Source: Gekko japonicus (Eukaryota). Taken from it: 54,798 bases of DNA. The notes beneath the pieces are model-generated. The model was not told the origin of the DNA and made no database searches. It was given only the letters and a program-made list of their open reading frames with translations. Positions 37,296 to 49,545 of the stretch are shown in pieces. The stretch spans positions 702,413 to 757,210 of the forward strand of contig NW_015167529.1 in NCBI RefSeq assembly GCF_001447785.1, written 5' to 3'. How positions within the stretch are numbered: the first letter of the stretch is position 1; every line of letters begins with the position of its first letter. The position numbers and the translations under genes were made by a program.

Positions 37296-37438
37296 CTGTT
37301 TGTAATGAGCCGTGAATTGACATATCTGTATTCTCCTTCATATTTTTGTTCTGCGACAGTCATCTTACCAGTGGGTCTTCTTAAATGCGTAAGGAAAAAT
37401 CCTGAAAAAATCAAGTAGGCCATCATGATAGTAGGGCC
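37296..37438 (-). CDS. ABCD3: ABCD3 exon 9: GPTIMMAYLIFSGFFLTHLRRPTGKMTVAEQKYEGEYRYVNSRLITN
   Basis: Translation matches; 143 nt; GT-AG. Confidence 0.97.
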
Positions 37439-37784
37439 CTGCAAATATTTAGGAAATGAGAGAAATGAGACTCTAGGACAAACTTATTACCAACATTTTT
37501 AAACATTTTCTTTTGTTGAGCCAAAGCATGGGATGGAAGGCATCAAAATTGTTATGGCATTCCCAATAGAAACAGAAAGGGGTAACCTTGAATAGATATG
37601 GGATAAGACATCCTCATTACCAGAAGAAAGTCTCAGTGTGACATCAAATAGTCCACCAGCTGAAATAATGCAAAATTCACTTCAGCACACGGCAAGCTAA
37701 GGGCACATGTGGAAAAACATACAGGCACATGGTAATTTTTATTTCATGCCTTTGAACCAGGATGCCTTCCGCACATAGCAAGCT

Positions 37785-38388
37785 CCACTTTCCCTCCCCA
37801 AAGTCAGCAAGTTGGGGGGGGGGGGTTGTTTCAGCCCAATGGATATGGCTCCCAGGAGTTTCCAGAGCAAAAATAAACAACAACAAAAAAACCCCAAACA
37901 AAATGTTTGTTCCGAGTCAAAGGGGAAAACAGCAGTGTAGCTATGGCAAGCATCCATGTGAACACTTGGCCCAAAGCCAATCTGGAGAGAGGTGTGGGGC
38001 TAAGCTCTGCCTTCAAAATGGCAGAACTAAGCTCTTCTCCCCACCTCCCTTTCAGTCCTTTAAGAGCTCTTTTTATTTAACATCTGAGACCCACTTTCCC
38101 TCCCCAAAGTCAGCAAGTTTGGGGGTTTTTTTTGTTTCAGCCCAATGGATATGGCTCCCGGGGTTTCCAGAGCAAAAATAAACAAAAAAACCCAAACAAA
38201 ATGTTTGTTCCGAGTCAAAGGGGAAAACAGCAGTGTAGCTATGGCAAGCATCCATGTGAACACTTGGCCCAAAGCCAATCTGGAGAGAGGTGTGGGGCTA
38301 AGCTCTGCCTTCAAAATGGCAGAACTAAGCTCTTCTCCCCACCTCCCTTTCAGTCCTTTAAGAGCTCTTTTTATTTAACATCTGAGAC
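37785..38388. repeat. Tandem duplication of ~300 bp (37785-38090 and 38091-38388)
   Basis: Two consecutive copies; the 3' ~200 bp appear identical and the 5' ~100 bp differ mainly at homopolymers and small indels. Confidence 0.95.
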
Positions 38389-38846
38389 TTGACTCAGCTC
38401 TTACGGGGGGGGGGAGGACTGGTGGGCTGCAGGGGGCCTGGCAAGATTCTCATTGTGCTGGTACTTCTGCACTGATGTGAAATGGAAGGGCAGTACAGCA
38501 ATAGCAGCAAGTGGGGTGGGCAAAGGGTGTGAAGACACCATCCATGCATGCCTCCACCCCTCAGTTCTGCTTCCACAACAGGGGGTAATTTTCCTTAACC
38601 CCTGGGGAGAAGCAGACCAGCCTGAGAACAAAAGAGGAGGACTATCCAGAAGAAGCCAAGAATGCAAGCTACATTCACAAAAACATCTATAATATGGAAG
38701 CTGATCTATTGACCAGGCATTAGGAGCTGCTTCTAGCCAGCAACCAAAACCACTGAAAATGCAAGAACACCTCTTCAACGTACCTTCTTACAGAACATTT
38801 TAAATAAATACTCCACTGCACACTTTTGTGATTTGTCAGTTCTTAT

Positions 38847-39158
38847 CAGGGCTCTAGTCGGGGGGGAGCTCTCAGGTACGGAGCTCCGGAAGAGAACCTC
38901 TAGGGGGCGGGGCGGTCACGTGGTGAAGCCCCGCCCCTTCTTTACCCCGCCCTCTGCTTCGATCCTCATTCCGTTTGGGAATGAGGATGAAGCAGGAGGG
39001 TAAGTAGCCGGGCCTTCTGACACACTTCCGGTGATGTCAGGGGGTGTGGCCTTCTGTCACTTCCGGTGATGTCAGGGGGCGTGGCATATGCAAATAAGTT
39101 ATGCTAATGAGTTATGCTAATGAGCTCCGGCAGCTCTTTTTCTACAACAAGACCCCTG
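38847..39158 (-). mobile_element. CAGGGGTC-family hAT MITE (312 bp)
   Basis: Family end in reverse orientation at 39158; perfect 8-bp TSD GTTCTTAT; internal duplication of CACTTCCGGTGATGTCAGGGGG. Confidence 0.9.
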
Positions 39159-40064
39159 GTTCTTATATATTTACAGAACTGGTTTACAAAACTTCAAATA
39201 TGAACTGACTTAATCTTTCAAGATATCACTGCAGACATCACTGATAAACACTAAGAGTTGTGATCGACGATATGCCAATAAAGGTATACGAATACGAATA
39301 TTAAGAATTTCTAAATTATTTCTGACATGTGTCAGAACTTTTTGGCACAAATCTAGTTGCACAGAAATTCAGTAGTTCCTGTTACAGATGGATTTGTATG
39401 TTTTTATAACAATGCAGGTTTGTCATGTTTCAAGTTTGTGATGAAACAGGAAGTTACACTTCCATGGCAGGAAGTTGGAATTTTCACTACCCAGATGGGA
39501 GAGGAAGAGCAATTATCAACACAGATAAACCATCTTTTTGTCTTCCTGTCACTGCCTCTGACCCTTTCAGGGATGGGGGAGAACCTCAGACATATTTCCA
39601 GTCTAAATATTAGACTCTAATGCCTTTCTCTTGTCAGGGTTTTCTGCACAGTGCCCATTGAGCACGAAGCGTTTCACATTTACTTTGGAAAGGATTGGTT
39701 CAAAGCACCCTTGGAGGAAATTTTGAATTTGTACCCTAAGTTCCAATTGGCCCAGTAAGAGAACTCCCCCAACCAGAGGGAAACATGTAAATGAGGGATG
39801 TGGTTAACATGCACAGTGGCTGAGTGGGGAACACAAACCTTTGATCCACCTCTCAATACTGACATGCAGCACTTGGACAAAGAGCTGGGAGCGGGCAGCC
39901 AGTGTCAGGGTAATCTCCACAGTGCCTTCATGGTAAAAGCCTCGTTTACAAGTGTCTCTCAACATAAGATCTATAGAAAGTTCCCTGATAATATATCCTT
40001 CATATTAGACCATTGGGTCCATATTCAAAACCATTCTACGGCATTAGCAAACATGCAATTTTAC

Positions 40065-40121
40065 CTGAGCTCCTATTGAACTGGTCAGCTTGAAGATATA
40101 GAGGACAATATCCAAAAATGG
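40065..40121 (-). CDS. ABCD3: ABCD3 exon 8: PFLDIVLYIFKLTSSIGAQ
   Basis: Translation matches; 57 nt; GT-AG. Confidence 0.97.
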
Positions 40122-40556
40122 CTGTAAGAAAAGATTTCATATTAAACTTCATGGACAAAGAAAGGATAGTACACAGTTAAAAAGACCCCACTTCAAGTGT
40201 GTACTTTTTCCTTAACCAACTACTATGCTCTGCAATGAACACAGCTAAACCTTGACAGTACAACGCAATACTACAATAAGTGAATTAGAAACTGTATTAA
40301 TAATCACAGCAAAATGTACATAGATTAGACTTTTTTGGTTCTATTTATAAAACTAATTTATATGACCAATTAAGATAAGGCAATAATGCCTATCACTCTA
40401 CCTAGTCAACCTTTACATATGTCTACTGCCCAATATACAATTACAATAAGAAAAAACCCTGATCTTTAAGCATGAGAGCAACATTTGGAGAACACCATAC
40501 AGCTGAGATGTTGTTTGATGGACAAGATGCTGTAAGTTACAAACGTGAGGCTGCAA

Positions 40557-40960
40557 TAGGTTTGCCAGGTCCTTCTTCGTCCCTGGCGGAGGACTTTGGG
40601 GGTTGTTTCTGGAGGGAGTGAGGACGTCCCCAACACTTGTACTCTAAGTAGCGAATTTGCCACTTGGAGTTCAGGCACCCCTCCCCACTTCTTGCTCAAA
40701 ATATTTAAAGAGACCCGTTAAAAGCTTTGAGCAAGAAGAGGGGAGGCGCACGCCTGAATTCCAAGTGGCAAATTTGATGGGCCATGTGCTCCCACTGGTT
40801 AGCTGGAGGGCCCTTTAAATCTTGTAGAAGGGGAGGGAGACGTGTGGACGCCATGGTCATTGCTGGGGGTGGGGCTTCCTTGCCAGCCAACTGGTCGGCG
40901 GCAGGCAAGAACCCCCCAAATTGGGGGCTCCCCTACCCCACCTGGGGACCGGCATCTCTA
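40557..40960. mobile_element. TAGGGTTGCC-family hAT MITE (404 bp)
   Basis: Decayed TIRs TAGGTTTGCCAGGTCC / GGACCGGCATCTCTA; perfect 8-bp TSD GGCTGCAA. Confidence 0.85.
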
Positions 40961-41351
40961 GGCTGCAAGCCACTAACTGCACTTGCAAGATTATCAGTGC
41001 AACTTGAGCAGAGTCACACTCTTCTAAGGCCTGTTAAAATCAAACAGACTTAGAAGGGTGCAACTCTACTTAAGACTGCACTTTGAGGAACTTATCGGTA
41101 ATAGCTGGTGGACACCAAAGTCAAATTTGTCGTGCAGTGCAAACATACAGGCTGAGCTCCTCTTTGATGTGGATGACTCAGCTCATTATAGATTGCCCCA
41201 TGACCTGGATTCATGCTTAGAGGCAAACAGTTATGCTTTTACATTTTAGCTGTCAATATACGCCACCCCTCTACATTTTAAAGTAATGTTTAATAATACA
41301 AAATGGGAAAACATTTGTAAAAAGAAAAGTTTATTGAAAACAAAAACTTAC

Positions 41352-41475
41352 CTTGCTAAGATTTGAATACAGATCTACTATACTGTTACAAAACTTTTCT
41401 ACATCCTGTGTAAGCAGCTGATCAGGATTAGCTATTCTGTTGTCTAGATTTCCCATTTTGTAGTAAGTGTAAGTC
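41352..41475 (-). CDS. ABCD3: ABCD3 exon 7: TYTYYKMGNLDNRIANPDQLLTQDVEKFCNSIVDLYSNLSK
   Basis: NPDQ loop-1 motif; 124 nt; GT-AG. Confidence 0.98.
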
Positions 41476-41643
41476 CTAAAAGGCCAGGAAATCAGCAGTT
41501 TAGACAATTTTACTTCATTATCCATTAAAACTAATCAATGGTACTAAAAACACCTTAGCACATGGCTTATGGGTGTTTGCCGTTTATGTTAGTATTTTAG
41601 TTTAACATTAAGTTATTGAACATTAAAAATATTAATCACTTAC

Positions 41644-41741
41644 TGGAGATACTGCTCATAAAGGTACTTGGTGAGTCGTACACGGAAACACAACTTAAGT
41701 TCATTTAGCCCATACTTCAAAAAGTTATTTACTAGGGAAAT
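41644..41741 (-). CDS. ABCD3: ABCD3 exon 6: ISLVNNFLKYGLNELKLCFRVRLTKYLYEQYL(Q)
   Basis: Translation matches; 98 nt; GT-AG. Confidence 0.97.
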
Positions 41742-42406
41742 CTACAAAGAACAGTAACACAGTAAGACACATATGAAAACAGCTATTTGAAGAATACAAA
41801 GCATCAGTAGGCATGCAAAATCTAAATTGCAAAAATAAATAAATAAATAAATCCCACTTTAGGTTAGACTGGATTGCATAGTCCAAATTGTGAAGTCAGA
41901 AAGTGAATACTTTCTTTTTCAGGAAGCATTTTCAAGATTGAAGCTTTTAAAATGTTTGATTTTAGATTTTTTAGATGGAGAGGAAGATGGCACATACTAC
42001 TGCTGAATGTTAAGCGACTACCAAGAGGCTATTTAAGTCACTGAACTTAACTTGTCACCAAGTTCATGAAATGTAGCTGTCCTGATTTAAGCCTAATCAG
42101 ATCAGGGGAATTTAATTCTGCCAGGTTGAAAGGCATGTCTGTCTTTGCCTGACTAAAACATCTTTGCCTGACTATGCTTTCTTCTAACCCATTAAAGTCA
42201 ATGTGCTTAGAAGGATATGGCTGTTTAGAACTGCACTGTCTTTTTTAATATCTCCAATTGAATGTAAAAAAGGGCACAGTATTAAGGATATTTTATAATA
42301 TAGCAGTAGTGTCAGAGGTCTATAACGACTTCTCAGATATCAGACTTAATGATGCACTTTTTACTTCAGCTTGAAACCAGAAGTATGCGTTTTCAAGATG
42401 TTGTGG

Positions 42407-43217
42407 CATTTATAGCCTACACCAGGGGTCCCCAACCTTTTAAAGCTTGTAGGCACCTTTGGAATTCTGACACAGGAAAGTAGGAACAACTACAAAATGG
42501 TTGCCACACGAGGTGTAGCCAACTACAAAATGGCTGCCACAAGAGGCAGAACCTACCAGAAAGTGTCAGGGAGCAAGGTCATGCAGGTCAAATATAACTC
42601 TATGAACTTTTCAACATTTCAGGCAGAAGCTCTGTTTAACAGGATGCCTTTTAAAATGAATATATAGCTTAAAAACAATATGCATATACAAAGCTTAACT
42701 TCTGTCACACAGTGAAGATCCTTATGCTGTGGAGACAGCTGCTCCTTAAAAAAATCTACATAGCCAATCAGATCTCCAATGGCTAATCAGAAGTCCTGAA
42801 GGATAAAAATCATTTATAGCCTACACCAGGGGTTCCCAACCTTTTAAAGCTTGCAGGCACCTTTGGAATTCTGACACAGGAAAGTAGGCACAACTACAAA
42901 ATGGTTGCCACATGAGGTGTAGCCAACCACAAAATGGCTGCCACAAGAGGCAGAACCTACCAGAAAGTGTCAGGGAGCAAGGTCATGCAGGTCACATATA
43001 ACTCTAATATGAACTTTTCAACATTTCAGGCAGAAGCTTTGTTTAACAGGATGCCTTTTAAAATGAATATATAGCTTAAAAACAATATGCATATACAAAG
43101 CTTAACTTCTGTCACACAGTGAAGATCCTTATGCTGTGGAGACAGCTGCTCCTTAAAAAAATCTACATAGCCAATCAGATCTCCAATGGCTAATCAGAAG
43201 TCCTGAAGGATAAAAAT
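42407..43217. repeat. Tandem duplication of ~405 bp (42407-42810 and 42811-43217) covering the left end of a CAGGGGTCCCCAACC hAT-like element
   Basis: Two consecutive copies differing by a few substitutions and one 3-bp indel. Confidence 0.95.
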
Positions 43218-43576
43218 CCCACCTGGCCCCACTTACTTTCTAAAAACATTTGGCGAGCGCCCAGGGGCACAATCAAATAAATAATAATAATAATAAATAC
43301 GTTTCCCCCATTTAAATCTAATGGACCAAATTCTGATTGACACCAATGGCAACACAAGGCTGAAACATCAGAGAACAGTCAACTACTTTATTGTACGGTA
43401 CGGAAGGTAACGTAATATGGGTAAGGGAAAGGCTTCTACCTGTTTTTATACTTCATTGGAGGTCAATGATGACCCCAAATGCATATAAGAGAAAAAAGGG
43501 TATTTCAAAACATTTTTAAAAGCTCAACTGAAATGTTGGGACTGGTATTTTCGAATTACTTTTACCAAAGGAACAG

Positions 43577-43708
43577 CTAGATGAGTCCAGTGACACCTAA
43601 GGGACCAACAAGATTTTCAGGATATAAGCTTTTGAGACTCAAAGGTCCCGAAGGCTTATACCCCCCAAATCTTGTGAGCCTCTAAGGTGCTACTGGACTC
43701 AAATCTAG
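43577..43708. repeat. Palindromic ~130-bp foldback element (possible Penelope-derived)
   Basis: GAGTCCAGTGACACCTAAG..CAAGATTT..TATAAGCTTT / AAGGCTTATA..AAATCTTG..CTAAGGTGCTACTGGACTC inverted arms. Confidence 0.65.
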
Positions 43709-43774
43709 TTATTCTACTGCAGACTAATACGTCTACGCTTGGAAGGGATGTCAACAACAAAAAGCACCACTTAC

Positions 43775-43844
43775 AGCAGGCATGGCAGCGATGAAGTTGA
43801 ACAAGTACCTCTTGAAATCTTTCCTGCTGCGGCCAATGATAGCA
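43775..43844 (-). CDS. ABCD3: ABCD3 exon 5: (S)AIIGRSRKDFKRYLFNFIAAMPA
   Basis: Translation matches; 70 nt; GT-AG. Confidence 0.97.
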
Positions 43845-46046
43845 CTGCAAACCACCACATGCAAAATGTTAGTGGCAAGAGAAGCAAGTCCTACCCAGCA
43901 ATGTTTTCCAAAATGAGGCAGGTTTAGGACAAACACAGAAAAAGAAAGTTCAAAGAAAGCAGCAGGACCCCTTTCCCAGTATATAGGCATTACAGATGTG
44001 TTCTCACATCTGCTGGCAAAGTGGCAGCCAGTGTAATGAAGCCCACCCACTTCTCATTGTAGTTCTATACACAATGAACTACAGAAGCTGCTTATATCTA
44101 GAAACCTTTGGTCCTCCAAATATTGTTATCTAGCTCTAAAGCAGGCACCATATGTTACAAATAAGGGCTGTTACCCAATAATACAACAGCCTCAAGTCAT
44201 ATCATATTCGCTTGCTCTAAAGTCTTGTTCAACTCAAATTCTATAGTGTTGTTATCAATGAACTGGATCCCACAGATCCATCCCACTAAGCACCTTTTAC
44301 TAGTAGAAGAGTAACTTGTTTCAGGGGAATGTGTTGCTCTTAGCAGAAGAGATCCACTGGATTCAACCCATTATATACACTACCCTGCCCTCATTCCACA
44401 TCAGTAGCTTCTGCTAGTGGGGGCAGAGAAGTACAAGGATACCCGGACACGGGGTAAGATTAACTAGCTGTTATAGAGGGGAAAGGTGAGGGGAAAGGTA
44501 GGACTATACACAGAAAACTGGCTTTCAGAAATATTCATACGAATGCCTCTGGCCTCAGTGAATATAAACATTTTTGGAAAATGGGATTAAAATTGAAAAA
44601 GGGCTGTATCAAAATGTAGAGGGGGGGGGAGCATATACATTAAACTGGGGAAGACTGAAGATGGATAGAAAAACAATAGCAACTTCTTAAAAAAATTAGC
44701 TTAGGAGGGTTGACACCACCTCTCCACCCAGGACGAGGTCTAACCTCTGTTAATCCCTCACAGCAAACTGTTGATATAGAACAGGAACTGATGAAATTTA
44801 TTCTCTTTGGGCTCTTTTAAACCAAGTTGGACAACAACATTTGTAGAGAAACCTAGCTAAAAAAAAATTCTTAAGAAGAGGTGGAAAGCAAAAGGGAAGG
44901 TCACCCATGCCATTCAGTACAATCTGTATGAACGTACATTCTGAAGCAATTGAAATGAGAATGAAAGCTACAGTAGAACTGGAGGCTGTGCAATTTAGTT
45001 GAAACTGTTCAAACTAAATCTTTGAAGGCATAAACCACTGGAGATGAGTAAATTGCTTCAGTTATGCATCAGTTACGAGCATAAGTATAGTAGATGCATG
45101 CTTATATTTACAGTATTTGTTTACCAGTGGAATGGAAACTATAAATTTAATCATGTATTTCTTGAATAGTGAGATATCCCTGCTTACGATCGCACTGCAA
45201 GAAAAAAAAGTGTATAATTCAACACCTCTGCTACTGACTCTGTAACCACATTATTGTACAGTATTTATTTTATTATATTCAATTTATATCCCACTCTCCT
45301 CAAAACAAGTACATAAGTGAAAAGCAATTACTACTGTAGAAAAATGAGCAAGAGAACAAAATACGTAGGATAAGAAGAATAAAGTCAATTGGCGTTTTGT
45401 ATATTATTTTTACATATGGGGTTCAATCCAGACTAGATTTTCCCCTAATGGAAGAGGAGGCGTCATTCCCTTCAACTTTGCCCTTCGTGCTGCAGGATCC
45501 CAAATTTGCCCCTCATGCCGTTCTTGAGGATCCCGTTCCCCAGAAGCAGCATTTTGGCAAGATCAATGGACTGCAGTGGGAGGCTAGAAAGTTCTTTGCC
45601 ACCGAAAGAAGAAAATTTAATCTGGATCCAAACCAAGAACACAGCAATATTGCAAGCATACTGAAGCAGTGATCAAAAATGCAATCGTTCTTAAAACATT
45701 TCTAAAAATCTATTTACAAGCTCCCAAACAAACGTCAAGAGTATATCTCATTTAAAAATACCACCATCATCACAGCCTAATTCTCTGGATATCACTCCTG
45801 CTCACAAAAGTACATTGCATTTATAAAGTACATTCCTTAGAAATAAAATAAATTTGATTATGGGTGCCCGGCTGCACCATTTTGGTTTCATTCAACTAGT
45901 GACAGATGCAGCTATACTGCCTTTTTTGCATCTACACCAAGTAGTATCCTTTTTTTTTTTGCAGTCTTTATCTTTTGGTATTGGATCACAAAATACAATA
46001 TTCAACATAGATAGATCAATGGTGGAAAAAGACAAATGACACTTAC

Positions 46047-46135
46047 CTCTCAATAACTGTTCCATTTTGAATCATCCAAATGTCACAGTATGTACGAAGT
46101 ATCAGCGTTAAGGCAATTAGTATCAAATAACCTGT
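46047..46135 (-). CDS. ABCD3: ABCD3 exon 4: TGYLILIALTLILRTYCDIWMIQNGTVIE
   Basis: Translation matches; 89 nt; GT-AG. Confidence 0.97.
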
Positions 46136-47029
46136 CTAAGTGACATGAGAGGACAGAGTTTAGAGATTTAAACTGCATCGCTTAAATTCGTTAACATGCT
46201 CTACAGAAAGTTTACGGACTTCGCTAAATCACAAATGAATTACCATTACAATTCAAGGACAGGTTTCCACCCAGCCTTTCCTGTTTCCTTGAGCATGTTG
46301 CAGACACCGCCCCCACTTGCCAACTACAAGTGCTTCCTATCTAAGCCACTGGAACAATGCCAGGAAGCCATGCCCCACACTGAAAAAAACCCCATTCATT
46401 CCATTCAGCATTTCAATTGAGTATAAGTCTGTAGAGGTGCTACGGGAAAGGGCTGAGCCATGCTGTGCAATAGCCATGTAACTCCTGGGCATAATCAGTT
46501 GGATAGACTTTTAAAATCTTCCCTTCTTCCTTATACAAGTCAAACAAACATTAAAAATCTTATACATTTTTCTCGGTATATAGGCAAAGCACAGACAGTT
46601 TAATTCATCTTCATTGAAGTGGCTGTATAGGCTGAATAGTCTATAATTGCATTTAATATTGGAGTATCTTCTTCCATGCAGGCTTGTAAATGTTGGCTGC
46701 TGGTGGATTAAACAAACAGCTAAAAAGAGACTCTTAAACTGAGTTAGAAAAACAAACAAAAAACTACCAGACAAAAGCGCTGCAATATGCTGCAATATGT
46801 CTATCCATTCTGTGTTTCACAATATTGACAGCACTCCCATAATTTATCATTATTCTGAGTTTATTTCAGGTCACCTGCCTAAATTAAACAATCTATCCTT
46901 ACTGAAGATTAAGGAATGGAACAGGAGCTATTTGATAAAAATGGCACTGACAACCAATGTGATTTTCATAAATGACAGCAAAGAGCAACATAATTTGAAA
47001 GGCTGAGAGTTCTTCATTATGTGGCTTAC

Positions 47030-47128
47030 CTCTTTACAAAATGTTCTAGGGACCATTATTTTAAGAATGCGACATATTCTTCCAACAAAAACTCTGTCTA
47101 CCATTGCTCGATCTTTCTTGATTTCTCT
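47030..47128 (-). CDS. ABCD3: ABCD3 exon 3: REIKKDRAMVDRVFVGRICRILKIMVPRTFCKE (exons 1-2 not found in window)
   Basis: ILKIMVPRTFCKE match; 99 nt; GT-AG. Exons 3-23 sum to 1830 nt in a single frame. Confidence 0.96.
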
Positions 47129-47384
47129 CTGCACAGGACAAGATTACACGAGACAATATTTTAGTTTTCACTATGTTAGTCTGCTAGAACATTTACACCA
47201 TTTACACATTGTATTTGTTTACTAGGTTTAACAGGGCTGAGCCGCTGTATGTGATCTGTGAACAGCTATTAGATTCCTTTCCTTTTAAGAAAAAAGACAG
47301 GCGTACTTTGATTCTTCAAAGTGGGCACTGAGTGTCTTCAAAGTGGGCATCAGTTGTCTTGAAATATTATTACTATACCAGGCT

Positions 47385-47548
47385 TAGGGTTGCCAAGTTG
47401 AAATTTCTGTTTACCGGGGGGACTCCCGCGCCGCGGCTGGAGTTTTCCCTCGGATGACAGTGGCCCCGCCCCCGGCGTGGTCGCGACACTTCCAGGTGAC
47501 GCACACGTCGGGGTGGGGTTCCCCCCGGGGCGGGGAACAGGCAATAGT
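47385..47548. mobile_element. Short CpG-rich TAGGGTTGCC-family MITE
   Basis: TAGGGTTGCCAAG left end, GC/CpG-rich interior, decayed right end CAGGCAATAGTA. Confidence 0.55.
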
Positions 47549-49545
47549 AAAAAGCTGAAGGGGAAGCATAAGAAAGTCAAATACCTAGAGCAGGGGTGTC
47601 AAACATAAGGCCCGGGGGCTGGATCAGGCCCGTACAGGGTTCTTATGCGGCCCGTGAGCAACTGATGCAAGAGAGGGAGTGCTGGGGGGGAATGGGCAGA
47701 GCCACACCATTATGACTTTAGCACAGAACAATCTCGCCTGCACCAATCCAACACTGTGGGAGCAATCTGCCCAGCATGACACTGCTGCCTCTCTGGTCCG
47801 CTTCTGTGGGTTTTCCTCTGCACCCCCCTCCCACCTCATGGGGCCGTGCAGTGAGGACACACCAACTCGGAGCTTACCAGCTGCTGTTTCTATCTCCGGT
47901 ACCTGGCATTACATCTTATGGCACACATGGCTCGGCCCGACAAAGTGATATTTATGTCAGATCTGGCCCTTGTAACAAATGAGTTTGACACCCCTGACCT
48001 AGAGAATACTTGGAAACTATTTAAAATCACACTAATTGAGCCCAAACAGAACACATTCCACAGGTTAGGAAAGGCACTGCTAAATCTAAAAGAAGGCCTA
48101 TGTGGCTAACAATGCATGTCAAGGAAGCGATAAGAATCAAAGAAGTTTCTTTTAAAAAGTGGAAGATCTGCCTCGATGTATTAAACAGGAAGGACTACAG
48201 GCTCTGGCAAAAGAAATGTAAGTCAATAGTTAGGCAAGCAAAAAGATTTTGAGGAGTGGGTTGCCAAAAGCATCAAGATAAACAATAAACATTTTTAAAA
48301 ATATATCCAGAGCAGGAAACCAACCAGAAGAAATGGGGCCTTTCGATAGCAAAAGAATAAGAAATTGCCAGAGGAAGATGAGGAGACGGTGAAGCTCAAT
48401 GGCTTTTTTGCTTCTGTGGTTCACTATGGAAAGCGTGGGGCACAAACCCATGCCAGAGCCCCTATTTTCAGGAAGGGAGTCTGAAGAACTGAGTCAAATT
48501 AATATGACTAGAGATTAAATTCTAGACTTATGGGGGGAATTAAAAACTGATAAGTCTCCAGGTCCTGATAGCATACACCCAAGAGTTCTTAAGCAATTCA
48601 GATGTGAGATCATTGATCTACTAACCCATATAAGTAACCTATCACTAAATTTAGCCACTGTACCAGAAGGCTGGAGAATGGCAATTGTGATACCAATTTA
48701 TAAAAAAAGGGATTCAAAGGGGAACCAGTAAATTACAGGCCAATCAGCGTAACATCTGTCCCAGGCAAATTAGTAGAAACTGTAACCAAAGATAGAATTG
48801 TTAGGCACACAGAGGGACAATGCCTGCTGAGGTAAAATCAGCATGGCTTCTGCAAAGAGAAGTCTTGCCTCACCAATCTTTTGGAGTTCTTTGAGAAAGT
48901 GAACAAGCATGTAGACAATGGTGACCTGGTAGACATTATATACGTGGACTTTCAAAACGCTTTTGACAAGGTACCTCACCAAAGATTCCTGAGTAAATTT
49001 AGCAGTTATGGGATAAGAGGGCAGGTTCTCTTATGTATTAAAACCTCTAAATAACAGGAAGCAAAGAGAAAGAATAAATGGACTGTTTTCACAATGGATG
49101 GAAGTAAGCATTGGGATCCCACAAGGATCAGTACTGGGGGCAGTACTATTTAATTTATTCATATATGATCTGGAACTAGGGGGAGTAGTATATTGGCCAA
49201 GTTTGCAGATGACACAAAATTATTCAGAATGGTGAAAACCAAGGCTGACTGTGAAGAGCTCCAAGAGGACCTCCACAAACTGGGTGAGTGGGTGACAATG
49301 TGGCAAATGAACTTCAATGTTGGTAAGTGTAAGGTGATGCAAATTATAAAAAAAAATTCCCAACTTCAAGTATAAACTAATGGGGTCTGACCTTGCTGAG
49401 ACTGACAGGGAAAACACCTGTCTTGGGGTTGGGGTTGTAGTGGATAGCTCAATGAAAGTGTCAACCCAATGTGCTGAAGTAGTGGAAAAGACAAACTCTT
49501 ACATTAGGGATTAGGAAAGGGACTGGGAATAAAACGGGCAATATG
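47549..49545 (+). mobile_element. Decayed CR1 LINE ORF2 (RT) fragment, antisense to ABCD3
   Basis: Frameshifted remnants KSPGPD.IHPRVLK, NYRPISVTSVPGKL, DFQNAFDKVPH, GIPQGSVLG and KFADDTKL; interrupted by the MITE at 47591-47996. Confidence 0.9.
47591..47996. mobile_element. hAT-type MITE (406 bp) inserted in the CR1
   Basis: TIR CAGGGGTGTCAAAC / GTTTGACACCCCTG; perfect 8-bp TSD ACCTAGAG. Confidence 0.92.
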
